This document shows, piece after piece, positions 39,891 to 53,036 of a DNA stretch of 64,000 bases. The notes below the pieces were generated by a model. That model was not told the DNA's origin. It ran no database searches and worked only from the letters and a program-made list of their open reading frames with translations. Origin of the DNA: Eledone cirrhosa (Eukaryota); contig OZ024744.1 in assembly GCA_964016885.1 (NCBI GenBank), positions 90,892,001 to 90,956,000 of the forward strand. The letters run 5' to 3'. Positions within the stretch are counted from its first letter, which is position 1. Every line of letters starts with the position of its first letter. Made by a program: the position numbers and the translations under genes.

Positions 39891-40094
39891 TAATTATATT
39901 GTGTTGTTTATTATGTAATTAAATAGCTCTGTACTATATATATAGAGCACTCTTCTTTCCTTTACCTTTTCTATGGAAATACTTCACACCACACACACAC
40001 ACACGCATATATAATAGGTGGTTAAGTAGATTCATGGTTTACTGAGTTGGATACCAAAATCAACACTATGTTAAGGCAGAATGTATATATATAT

Positions 40095-40610
40095 ATATTG
40101 AAAACAAAGTGAGGTTTCACATTAAGGTATTCATTGATTATACACAGTTATGACCATATATATATAACGAGAGAGAGAGAGAGAGATGGTATATACACTC
40201 ATACAGCCATAAACACGATGATGATGATGCCAACACATACATATACATCCTCCACAGAATCTTTATAAATGCTATAGTTCAGACTCTACCTCAATCTGCT
40301 CATTAGATTTTTTAATGAAGCAAAGCCAAAATCTCATTGTAACTGTGTATAATCAATAAAGACCTTAATCCTTTAGCATTCACATTACTCTATATATACT
40401 ATTATATTTTCATGGTAAAGGCTTTACCTCACATAATTATCTCACATAATATTGAATCTATGAGATTTTGAAAGTATTTATTTTGAGAACAATACCTTAA
40501 CATCAGTTTGAGTGACCAGTTACAGCCAGTTTCAACAGAAAGAAGTAGAGAATTCTGGCCGGTTTGAACACTAAAGGGTTAATGTGAAACCTTGCTTTCT
40601 TTTCAATATA
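40095..40610. mobile_element. Old inverted repeat with a decayed hammerhead; right arm split by a piggyBac MITE at TTAA
   Basis: 40095-40150 is the reverse complement of 40340-40368 plus 40583-40610. TTAATGA-AGC-AAA-GCC-AAAA..GTA at ~40312-40341 resembles CTGATGA-GGC-AAA-GCC-GAAA..GTA. Confidence 0.5.
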
Positions 40611-40625
40611 TTTATTATTATATAT

Positions 40626-40830
40626 ATAAGATCTCAAACCTAAGGTTGCAAACTTCGACCAGCACCAGCATAGGCATAGAATATTTATGTCCTATGCTGG
40701 CTGAAGTTTGAAACCTTAGGTAGCATGCATTTGTGTTGAGATCTTATTCATATAATATATTTTAGCTCTGTATATTACATAGAGCACATTTTTTCCTTGT
40801 TTTATTTCTTAGAAAACTCTTGGCACTATA
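40626..40830. mobile_element. Small fold-back repeat with a partial hammerhead and a tail
   Basis: Arms ATAAGATCTCAA..CCTAAGGTT..CCAGCATAGG / CCTATGCTGG..AACCTTAGG..TTGAGATCTTAT; contains GAAA-CC-TTA-GG-TA. The tail GCTCTGT..ATAGAGCAC is shared with the 39821 locus. Confidence 0.6.
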
Positions 40831-41396
40831 TATGTATCATCATCATCATCACCACCGTTTTACGTCCATTCTTCCACACTAGCATGGGTTAGACGGGTTG
40901 CCCTGTCGACTGACCTTGTGTTGCTCATACGGGAACTGATTCTGGCTTGATTTCTACAGCTAGATGCCCTTCCTAACACCAACCTCATTTACAGTGAGTG
41001 CTGGGTGCTTTTTTTCCGTGGTGCCTCCACGTCCACTTTACAGTGTGGGATGGGTGCTTTTTTGCCGTGGCACCTCCACGACCACTCTACAGTGGAATAA
41101 TAGGGACCCCAGTCCCTATCATCTCATTTCTACAGCTGAGTAAACTGGAGCAATGTGAAATAAAGTGTCTTGCTCAAGGAAACAACACATCACCCGGTCC
41201 GAGAATTGAACTCACAACCTTTTGATTGCAAGCCATGCGCCTTCACATATATATATATATATATAAACAAATTTATACATATATTTATATATAGACAGAT
41301 AGAGATACACACATATATGTAGATACACATTCATCTGTATGTATTTATATATATACACAGAGACATAAGTATGCGAGTATATATATTTGTTTATAT

Positions 41397-41437
<41 letters not shown>

Positions 41438-41585
41438 TATTTATATGTGTGTGCATGTTATTTATTTCACAGAATGCCAACCAATATTTCGACACTTCTT
41501 CCAACTACTCACACCTACTTAGGACCCCAGATGAACCGATAAACATATTTTTACAGATGATAAACAAATAGTTTTATTTAAGTCT

Positions 41586-41633
<48 letters not shown>

Positions 41634-41935
41634 AGCACTTGGCTAAGGCACGGCTGTTTTTGGTTAAGAAGCTTCCATCACAACCTCCAAGTCATAGGTT
41701 TAATCACACAGCCTGGCTTTATACATGTGTGCCTTGTGCAATAGCCTAGAGTGGGCTGACCAATGCCTTGTGAGTGAATTTGGGAGACAGAAACTGTATG
41801 GAAGCCCATACAGTTACATACATATACATAAATACACATTTGCACATACACAGTTGAACATGCGCGTACATGGATCAATCAATCAATCAAGTTCCCATAA
41901 TTGCTGCAGTCAATCATTGGGGTGTCACTCTAACC

Positions 41936-42377
41936 CAGAGGTTCTCAAACATTTCAGGCCACTGTCCTGCCTCACGGCCACGTAATACCCTCAGCACCAC
42001 CACCCCTATTCCCAGAGAGACCTGCCTACATGCAAATTGTAAATAATATATAATAAATAAAATCGTTCATCTATATATAATTGTTTCTACTTTTGGCACA
42101 AGGCCAGCAATTACCCAGTACATTACTGGTACTTTATTTTATCGACCCCGTAAGGATGTAAGGCAAAGTTAACCTCTATATATAATAAATAATATAACAT
42201 ATACAATGTATAAATAAATATTATATATTTTTTATTTTACTATATTTATATATATATGTATCATTTGATATTTAATATACCCTTATATCATCTCTACCTT
42301 AGACCCCAGTGCCCCCTGGATTTTCACAATGCCCAGGGTGGGGGGGGGGGGCATAGCGCCTACTTTGAGAACCTCTG
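41936..42377. mobile_element. hAT MITE containing a SINE fragment
   Basis: TIRs CAGAGGTTCTCAAA / TTTGAGAACCTCTG; imperfect 8-bp TSD CTCTAACC / CTCTAGAT. Confidence 0.75.
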
Positions 42378-42654
42378 CTCTAGATGTTTCACTGTATGCT
42401 CATCGTGGTTTTTCAGCAGGACTTAGAAATGATTGGCGGTGCCAATCTCCCTGTTACTAGTGCAGTGAACTGTTGGGGTGCCACTCTAGATTTTTGACAG
42501 TGTGCCCATCATGGCATTTCAGTGAGTCTTAGAAATGCTTGGTGGTGGCTATTTCCTCTCCAAGCATCCAATGCCTCATTCAATTTAATCTGCCAGAAGA
42601 AATAGTTATGAGGGTCTAAAAAAAGTCTGTCTTAAGACATTTAAAGCTCATTAG

Positions 42655-42890
42655 GGTGGGGCTTATCCTGGTTCCATGGCATGAAGCGACAGAGTACAAG
42701 ACTCCCCCCTGGACAGGATACCAGTGCATCGCAGGTTTAAACCTCCAGCTATTGCTGGTACTCATTTTCAGCTTAGTATACTAGAGCAACATGAAATGCA
42801 GTGATTTGCTCAAGAACAGGACATACAAACCAGCCCAGGAATCGAACCCATGACATAAGTCCAACACCCTTACCACTACACCATGTGTAA
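42655..42890 (-). mobile_element. Older CORE-type SINE with a different tail (related copy at ~17570-17790)
   Basis: Minus-strand tRNA head GGTTCGATTCC and CORE-like TTCTTGAGCAAATCACTGCATTTCATGTTGCTCTAGT. Confidence 0.6.
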
Positions 42891-43253
42891 GGCTGAAAAA
42901 TGTCTTGGAGTCAAAAATAGGAGTAATGTTAGAACCAGTATACTTGTCCATCCCTCAGAATGCCATAGCCTGACATCAAGGTACCCTCTCTAACCCAAAC
43001 ACCCCAGCATTGCAATAATGTATATTTAAATACTGGATAACAGTTTGTCTGGTATAGCTATAACATTTCTCCAAATCACTTCTATCTATTTTCAAAGGGG
43101 CATTAGATAATGATATAACCAGTGTTGAAATAATGTTTTTTTTCTTTTAAATTGGTTCACTATACTTTCAAGGCGACAGTAGGCAATGGTACACTCGGCT
43201 TTAAGATATAGAAGCATATATATATATACTTATACATATATATATATATATAC

Positions 43254-46200
43254 ATATCATCATCATCATCATCATCATTTTACGTCCGCTTTGCCCTGCT
43301 TGCAAAGGTGGGACGGGTCTTATTCAGCACAGCATCTCTCCACTCGTCACGGTCCTTCGTCATCGCCACCGTGAGCTTCAATGATCTGAGGTCTGTTCTC
43401 ACCACCTCCGCCCATGTTTTTCGTGGTCTACCTCTACCACGTCTTCCTTCAACTGACATTTCCTGGCACTTCTTCACCCATCGGTCATCCTCCATGCGCA
43501 TCACATGTCCATACCACCTCAGTCTCCTCTCCCGTACACTACATTCTATCCCTCTCAGACACAGTTTCTCTCTCAGCACATTTATGCTGGGTCGTTCACG
43601 CACATTTACGCTGCACATCCAATGGAGCATGCTTGCCTCATTTCTCTTCAGCCGTCGCATATCCTCTGCAGTTGCTGCCGATGTCTCACAACCATGCAGC
43701 ATCGCGCATCTCACACAGGCATCATACAACCGGCCTTTCGTACGCAGGGAGAAACCCTTCTTCGTCAACAGAGGAAGCAGCTCCCTAAACTTCTTCCAAC
43801 CCGCCCTTATTCTAGATACTATGGCCTCGGAACAACCTCCTCCCATGCTAATCTGATCTCCTAGGTACCGGAAGCTATCCACCACTTCTATAGCGCCCTC
43901 CTGCATCTGAAAAATGAGTCTATCAATGTGACTTCTACTGTCTAATTTCCCTGTACATCTACTGCATACATATTTCTCCCTACCTGTTAGTTTGCCTGCT
44001 ATCCCGCTACATCTCTTGTGTACCCAGGATCTGCATTGTGTGCATTTTATAGAATTTATGCCAGTTCCTTTTCTGCATATCGAACATGGCCATTTCCCTG
44101 ACGGAATCAGGGTTTTGTCCTCTTTTCTACTCATCAGCACTTTTGTCTTAGCTAGGTTCACTCTCAGTCCTCTTGCTTCCAACTGCTGTTTCCATAGCCG
44201 GAATTTATTCTCTAGCTCCTCTACTGATTCTGCTATAAGAACCAGATCGTCAGCATAGAGAAGTTCCCATGGACAGGCAGTCTTAAACTCCTCTGTTATG
44301 GCTTGAAGGACTATAATGAACAAGAGCGGGCTGAGGACCGAACCTTGATGTACTCCTACTTGTATCTGGAATTCCTCACTAAACTCCATTCCTACCCTGA
44401 CTTTACTGAGAGAACCTTTGTACAAAGTTTGCACTGTCCTCACAAGCCATTCCTCAACACCTAGCTTCCTTAGGGACCACCAGATGACAGATCGGGGTAC
44501 CCTATCAAAGGCCTTCTCTAGGTCAACAAAGGCTAAGTATAGTGGCTTATTTTTCTCTAAGAACCTCTCTTGCAATTGTCTCACCAAGAAGAGAGCATCT
44601 GTTGTACTCTTCCCAGGCACAAAACCAAACTACATCTCATCTAGTTTGACCCTTTCTCTACTTAGTTGTTCTAATATCCTTTCTGCCACTTTCATAACCT
44701 GATCCATCAGTTTTATACCCATATAATTGCTCTTCTCCAGAGCATCCCCTTTACCTTTGTAGCAATTTATGAGAATACTGCTGCACCAGTCTTTGGGTAT
44801 GACACCACCATATATAGCCTGATCGATGATGTGTGCAACCAGTTTAGTGCCTACGTCCCCTGATGCCCTCAGCATTTCAGCAACTATTCCCGATGGTCCA
44901 GCAGCCTTACCATTTTTCATTTTCCTAATCGCCTCTTGGACCCTATATTCGTCAATCTCAATAGCTGGTCCCTCTGTCGGATCTACTAAGGGTAATTTCT
45001 CTCTCTCCCATTTGTTCTCCACATTCATCAGTCTCTCATAATGACATTTCCAGGCCTCCTTTTTCTGATCATACATGACACTAAGTACACCGGCATCATC
45101 CTGGACACATTTATCTCCAACAACATCCTGATTTGCATTGACACACTGCCTTGCAATGTGGAACACCGCACGCCTCTGATCTTCCCATTGCAGAACATTG
45201 GCAAACCTCCTACTCTCCGCCTCCCTGCGTGCTAAGTACACCTGACGTCTAGCTTCTCTCTTAGTGGCTGTATATTCTTCCCTACTCCCACTCTTTTTCT
45301 AAGCCTTCCATGCTAGTCTTTTGTCTCTAATGGCCTTATCTACTGTGCTGTTCCACCACCAGGTCACTCTCTGTCTGGTTGGAGCTTTGCTCCAGCCACA
45401 AGTTTCATCAGTAGCCTGCAGCAAGTTGTCACGGAAGAAATTCCAGTTATTATCTATGTCATACGTCTCTAAATCGACTTCTTTTTCGTCATATACATCT
45501 TGAAGGGCTTTCCTAAATTTGTATTTTAGTGAAAGGTCTTTTAGCTTCCAGACCTTTCTTCTCCACACATTCCTGTATGTCTCATTCCATCTCTTGCTTA
45601 CTGAGATATCACTAACGACTAACCTATGCTGTGGGGTACATTCTTCCTCAGGGTATGCCTTGGTATTAGACACTATCTGCCTGTTCCGCTGCCTAACTAG
45701 TAAGAAGTCAATCTGGCTTATGTGCTCACCAGATTTGTAGGTTATTAGGTGATTGGCAGGTTTCTGGAAGTTTGTGTTGCAAATAGTCAATGTATCTGTA
45801 TCACAAAATTCAAGAAGTCTCACTCCTTCTTCATTTCTTGAGCCGTAACCATGCCCACCATGTACCCCAGTGTAACCATCCTGGAGCTGTCCAACATGAC
45901 CATTGAAGTCTCCTGCTAGCATAACGATGTCTCCGTCCTCTGTCATTGCGGTTGTTTGTAAAAGTTGCTCGTAAAAGCAGTCTTTCTCATCTCTGCCTAG
46001 GCCTGCTTGGAGAGCATAGGCAGAGATGATTGTCAGTAGTCTCCTGCCTACAACTAATCTAAGCTTAATTATTCGATTACTAACTCGAACTACCTCTATT
46101 GTCTTATTGATCCATTTCTCAGCCAGGAAAATGCCTACTCCCCCTAACCCATCATCCTTACCTACCCTGAATAGCTTATAGCTAAGATGTTTGCCTACGA

Positions 46201-46530
46201 CTAGTCTCGCAGAGGCACCTCTCCATCTCACCTCTTGCACGCAGCACACATCCACATGCCTTCTCTCCAGCATCTCCGCTATTTCAGCAGATCTACCTCC
46301 GAGAGTGCCAACATTAAGTGTTGCAACTCTGAGATGCGACGTCTTCATATTTTGTTGTTGTTCCCATTTGTTGGTGTGCTGATAAACGTTTTGGCATTGA
46401 TACACTGGTTGGATGCCCTTCCTAACACCAGCGCCACTTTACAGCATGGACTGGGTGCTTTTATTTGTGCCACCAGCACTAGAGAGGATGTCTTACTAGA
46501 CTCAAGGGTCCTCTCTACCCCTCCATTTTA
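43254..46530 (-). mobile_element. Near full-length RTE LINE (lineage C): AP endonuclease + reverse transcriptase + PHD-like finger
   Basis: Track ORFs 45299-46405, 44630-45241 and 43280-44620 share one frame, broken by only two stops (~1022 codons from the ATG at 46348). APE motifs TLNV, CVQEVRW, AGDFNGHVG, QIDFLL and QHRLV; RT YADD; (GAT)n tail immediately after the stop. Confidence 0.95.
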
Positions 46531-47044
46531 CAGCATGGTCATTAAAAAAAAAAAAAAACTTATTGACACGACACACACACACTCACACACCACCACTCAT
46601 GCATACAAACCACAAGCACACACACGCCACTCACATACCAACACTCATTCATGCATACAAACACACACACCACTCCAAAACACACAAACATATATATATA
46701 TATATATATTACCAGCAGTACTGATACAAATACAAAATCAAAATCATGTCAGCTGTTGACTTTTCCCAGTTCAGTTTTTATATAATAATAATAATAATTG
46801 TTTGCTTTACACTGGTAATGGTGGTGGTGGTGGTGAATGGTGGTGAATGGTGTCAATATGGTGATGGTGGTGGTGGTGGATGATCAGTGATGGTGGTGGC
46901 AGTTGTTGCTGTAGTTGTTATTGTAGTTGCTGCTGCTGTTGCCGTTGTTGTTGTTGCTGCTGTTATTGTTGCTGCTGTTATTGTAGTCACATATATATAA
47001 ATACATACATACACACGCACTCAACACAGACAATATATATATAC

Positions 47045-47133
<89 letters not shown>

Positions 47134-47136
47134 CAC

Positions 47137-47223
<87 letters not shown>

Positions 47224-47235
47224 CATATATATATA

Positions 47236-48125
47236 CAGGGTGTGAACGATATTTGTTCGCAATTTTCAACTGCTAATTTTATGCACATTTCTTTTTACTT
47301 CCATTGTCACTCTTGTTTTCATAAAAACAGTGACTATATTTCCATTATTTATTTTCAGAATAATTGATTATGAATAATTTTGAACCTCCAAATTTGTGGA
47401 AGAGACACAGAGTTCTTCTTGGAATCCGCACCGGGAGGACAAATAAGACCAGAAGATCAACTCACAGAACAACAGGTGGCTCGCTGTCTCATCCAAAGAC
47501 GTGCTTAGAGTCATGCAGACAAATTTTCCAGCGGCAACATTGGTCTTAGGTGTCGTCAGCAGTCAAGGTGACGTCATGCCACCTCACTACTTTCCTGAGG
47601 GCCTCAAGCTGAACACCGATGGCAACATCCGCGTTCTGAGCGAGGTAGTAAAGCCCTGGATCGACCAGGTAGCTGCAGGTAGGCCGTATGTGTGGCAGCA
47701 ATTCTCAGCGCCCTGCCATACTAGCCGAAAGGCCCAAGCCTGGCTGTCAGAGAATTTCGTCGACCACACTTCACCTGACATCTGGCCTCCCAGCTCGCCT
47801 GACTGCAACCCCCTCGACTTCTTTGAGTGGGGCGCAGTGAAACGAGACACCAACAGATCTAGCTGCAATACGAAAGACGATCTGAAGGCCAGGATCACAA
47901 GTGCCTTTAGGGGCCTAAGTCGGGGGACAGTGACTTAGGCCTGTAGCCGGTTCCGAGGCCGCCTTAAGGCCATCATCAAAGCCAATGGTGGGTTTATTGA
48001 GTGAGATCGAAAGAACAAGTCATGAAGATAAACTGACCCAAGTTTGATAAATATATCTTAAAAAATAAAACTACTGTCTTATTTTTTCCTAGACAGTAAT
48101 CTTGCGAACAAATATCGTCCGCACC

Positions 48126-48128
<3 letters not shown>
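47236..48128 (+). mobile_element. Internally deleted DD37D maT element
   Basis: Both TIRs intact; the junction GGACAAATAAG|ACCAGAAG removes ~410 bp relative to the copy at 31549. Confidence 0.9.
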
Positions 48129-48164
<36 letters not shown>

Positions 48165-48819
48165 AGAAAGTATGACCCCGACGGCAGAGCTCAAGCCATT
48201 TCGACAGCTATTTCTCCTATTACCCTCTCTACTACCCTAAGCATTGAGTACTGTGGTGCATTATGGTCCATCTGGTTCCTTACCACAACTCCTTCGTTAT
48301 ATATATATAGATAGATTTCTTTATTTGCTGCCATGGTATATATATACACAGAGAGAAAGAGAGAGAGAGATACTCACACACATACATACATACAAGACCA
48401 TACATTTACAAGCATATACATAGATACACTTACATGTATTTACTTATATATACATACATGACTGAACATACATACACCTGCATATATATACATATAATCA
48501 TCGTCATCATCATCACCGTTTTACGTCCGTTCTTCCACGCTAGCATGGGTTAGACGGGTTTTCCTGTTATGGGCAGTGTCCGGTCGGCTGACCTTGTTTT
48601 GCTCATACGGGAACTGATTCTGGCTTGATTTCTACAGCTGGATGCCCTTCCTAACACCAACCTCATTTACAGTGAGTGCTGGGTGCTTTTTTCCTGTGGC
48701 ACCTCCACATCCACAGCTGAGTAAACTGGGGCAATGTGAAATAAAGTGTCTTGCTCAAGGAAACAACACATCACCCGGTTCGAGAATTGAACTCACAACC
48801 TTTCGATTGCAAGCCCTTC

Positions 48820-48851
<32 letters not shown>

Positions 48852-51800
48852 CACCTACACTCAGTAGGTACCTCTTAACCCAATGTACACCCCACTCTAC
48901 CACCCTACTCGATCGTCCCATTTCTGTCCACTGTAAAGTGGTCGTGTTTTAGTGACACGACAAAAAGGCTCCCAACCCACACTGTAAAGGGGTCGTGTAA
49001 GGGACATGGTAAAAAGGCTCCCAGTCCACACTATAAAGTGGTTGGTGTTAGGAAGGGCATCCAGCCATAGAAAACCTGCCAGAGACAGTTCTGTGCGAGC
49101 AAGACACAGTCACCTGACCAATCTTGTCTCAAGTGGAACAATCTCGTCTAAGTCATGCTAGCGTGGAAGATGGACGTTAAACGATGATGATGATGATACA
49201 CATGAAATTCCTGGGAAAGCAATGTATAGACCCCCTAATAAAACAGAAGCCCTAGACCAGTGTTTCCCAAGCCTCTTTGATTTTCCCCTAAAAACATGCA
49301 TCCCACCATGTTTGGAGAAATTTAGTAAATAGCAAAGTATATGGCACAATGTGTGTGTGTGTGTGTGTGTGGTATTATTATAAAAATTACAGGGAGGTGA
49401 ATTGGCAGTATCAGTAGAGAGTCGCAGGCCATGCTTTGCAGCATAGAGTTACGTCCATTTACGGTCCGAGTTCAAATCCTGGGTCGATACGGGGGTCGAT
49501 AAAATATAATACCAGCAAAGCACTGGGATAATTGCTGGCCTTGTGCCAAAAGTAGAAGCAATTATTATTATCTACGTTATGAGTTCAAATCCCACCGAGG
49601 TTAACTTTGCCTTTCATCCTTACAGTGTCAAAATAAAGTACCAGTAATATAGGGTGATAATTTGCTGGCCTTGTGCCAAAAGTAGAAACAATTATTATAC
49701 AAATTACTTCTACAGTTACTAGAACTATAACATTCATAAGAATTCATCAGTGCCTTTTTTTAAACTGTGGTCACCTCCCAATATACATTGTGTGCGCATG
49801 CTTATATGAATGTATGTGTGTATATTACCAACATTAGGAAGGTTATCATACCCTTGACACATCTATAGAGTCCTCTTAACCCTTTAGTATTTATCTTACT
49901 CTATATTTATGATTATATTTTTACAGTAAACACTTTACCTCACATAATATTGAATCTGAGATTTTGATATTATTTATTTTGAGAACACTACCTTAACCAT
50001 TTAGCATTCACATTACTCTATATATACTATTATATTTCCATGGTAAAGGCTTTATCTCACATAATATCGAATCTATGAGATTTTGAAAGTATTTATTTTG
50101 AGAACAATACCTTAACCCTTTAACATTCACATTACTCTATATATACTATTATATTTCCATGGTAAAGGCTTTACCTCACATAATATCGAATCTATGAGAT
50201 TTTGAAAGTATTTATTTTGAGAACAATACCTTAACATCAGCTTGAGTGACCGGTAACATCAGCTTGAGTGACCGGTAACATCCAGTTTCAACAGAAAGAG
50301 GTAGAGAATTCTGGCCGGTTTTGGCCGGTTTGAACATTAAAGGGTTAACATAAGTATGAGTGGCTGGTTACAGCCGGTTTGAACAGAAAGAGGTGAGAGA
50401 ATTCTGGTCATATGTGGCTGGTTTAAATGTTAAAGGGTTAAGCCTTTCTTTGACGGGCTATCTGCAGCTGGATGCTCTTCCTGTCACCAACCACTTTTCA
50501 GAATGTACAGGGTGTATTTATCAGTGTATTTCTCATATTTCTCATCATTATATATGGATGTCATTGGCGGTAGATTGGCAGTATCGGTAGAGCACCAGAC
50601 AACATGTTTTGCAACATAGAGTTATGGCCCTTTGTGATCTGAGTTCAAATCCTGCCGAGGTTAACTTTGCCTTCCATCCTTTAGTAGGGGGCAATAAAAT
50701 AAAGTACCAGTAATCCACTAGGGTAATTGCTGGCCTTGTGCCAAAGATAGAAACAATTATATATACATGTCATGTCCTAGAGAAGTAGTCATGTCCTTAT
50801 ATTTATCATCATCATCATCATCATCATCATCACTGTTTGATGTCAATGTTTTCACACTGGCATGGGTTAGACTGTTGTGAGCAATGGCAGGTCAGGTGAT
50901 CATGTCTTGCTGATACAGAACAGAGAGAGAGAGGCAAAGAGAAAGGGGTCAAGAGAGAGACAGGGAGAGGGTCAGAGAGAGGTCGAGAGAGAGAGAACGA
51001 GAGAGAGAGAGAGAGAACGAGGTCGAGAGAGAGAGAGAACGAGGTCGAGAGAGAGAGAGAGAACGAGGTCGAGAGAGAGAGAACGAGGTCGAGAGAGAGA
51101 GAGAACGAGAACGGGGTCGAGAGAGAGAACGAGAACGAGGTCGAGAGAGAGAGAGAGAACGAGGTTGAGAGAGAGAGAATGAGAACGAGGCAGTCATGAG
51201 AGGTCGAGAGAGAGAGAGTCCGTGAGAGAGAGAGGCCATGAGAGAGAGAGAGAGGGAGAGAAAGAGAGAGAGGCCAAGATACCAGCAAATGAGGTGAGCT
51301 GAGCTGATTGGGACTTTGTGTTTTGCCTGAAGCGGCTTATTCAACCTTTTTATTGTTAAAACATAAATCACACCCTAAATTTACTTCCAATAAATTATTT
51401 ATATTTTTACTGCACCTTATTTTCCCTTCTTACTCTTTTATTTCATCCCTCTTTTAATTCTATAATCTCTCTTTTTCCTTTTATTCTTTGTTGTTTTTGT
51501 TTTCTTGATTATTTATTTATTTATTTATTTTGTTCAATAAATTTTCTTTATACCCCCTTTTCATTTTCTTGTTTCTTCAACTGAAGTAATTATAAACACA
51601 TTTTAAAATTTTAATCCACCACCCACTATTTTAATTCTCACCATACTGCACCACATGAAAACCACTTTAGAGTAAGACATTCTAGAAAAATGTAAAACAA
51701 CATTATGACTGCATCACATTAAATGATAAAGTCTTTACTGTAATAATCCAAATTTTCACAATGATTTCTCCACTAATAAAAATACTAAAAACATCTGAAT

Positions 51801-52239
51801 TAACACACCATATGAAACCGTACCAGCAAGTCATTCTTGGAAAATATAAAACAGCACTATGACTGCATCACATTAAATATTAACCCTTTAGCATTTAAAC
51901 CGGCTGTATCCGACCAGAATTCTTTCACCTCTTCCTGTTCAAACCAGCCATAACTGGCCCCTCATACTGACTTTAAGGTATTGTTCTCAAAATAAATAAT
52001 ATCAAAATTTCAAAGATTAGTTATTATGTGAGGTAAAAGCTTTACCATGAAAATACAATAGTAAATATAGAGTAATATAAATGCTAAAGAGCTAAAGTAT
52101 ATCTTCCAATAATACACATTTTCACAACAATCTGTCCACTAGTAAAGATACTATAAACATTTGGATTAAGCCCCCACTTGTTTGACTATTCAATAGTCAA
52201 ACAGCAATAGCTTACAATAATTAAGTTTTCAAAATTCAA

Positions 52240-52700
52240 ATTTTATAAAATGATTCCTTCTTTGTGTATAAATCTCATATAGACGTTAAACGAAGATGAT
52301 GATGATGATATACACTCATATATCACATAAGAAATGGAGAATCAGTGTTGCGACGAATAAAATTTATTGGACATATTACAATCGTTTCTCTAGCAACCAG
52401 CTCGAGGCACGATCAATGTAATTACATTGATCGTGCCTCGAGCTGGTTGCCAGAGAAACGATTGTAATATGTCCAATAAATTTTATTCGTCGCAACACTG
52501 ATTCTCCATTTCTTATGTGATATATGAGTGTATATCATCATCATCATCTTCGTTTAACGTCTATATGAGATTTATACACAAAGAAGGAATCATTTTATAA
52601 AATGTTTCTTATGTGATATCATACTCTGCTCTGTAAGAGCATCGAGTGCTCAAACGGTCTACTGCTTACGGACGCTTTAAGCATCCCACACCAATTATAT
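52240..52700. mobile_element. Spacer-less 364-bp palindrome plus a tail (PLE-like)
   Basis: Centre TGTAA|TTACA at 52421/52422; 182-bp arms with one mismatch seen; contains CTGG-TTG-CCAG-A-GAAAC-GATT-GTA followed by AATAAA. Confidence 0.8.
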
Positions 52701-53036
52701 ACTCATATATATAAACACACACAAATGCATACACACACATATACATACACACACAAACACATATACATATACATGTACAAACACACAGTCAAACATAAAC
52801 ATATACATATATAGGATGGAGATCAACTTGCTTCAGCCTGCTCCTGCATTTTGAGACTGGCAGATGACAGCATCATGATCAGTTGTGTGAAGACCTAAAA
52901 TCACATCTCAGGAGGAGGGATGGTGTTCATGGATGCACATAAATTCATGGACGCACATAAACAAGTAATGTTTGCTGGACCCACACTCATTTGCCACCCT
53001 TGGCAGGAGAATCCATCATATATATATATATATATA

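Noticed and set aside
46880-47288. YI/ER/HT/LS dipeptide ORFs here and throughout the window
   Set aside because: Translations of (TA)n, (GA)n and (CA)n microsatellites.
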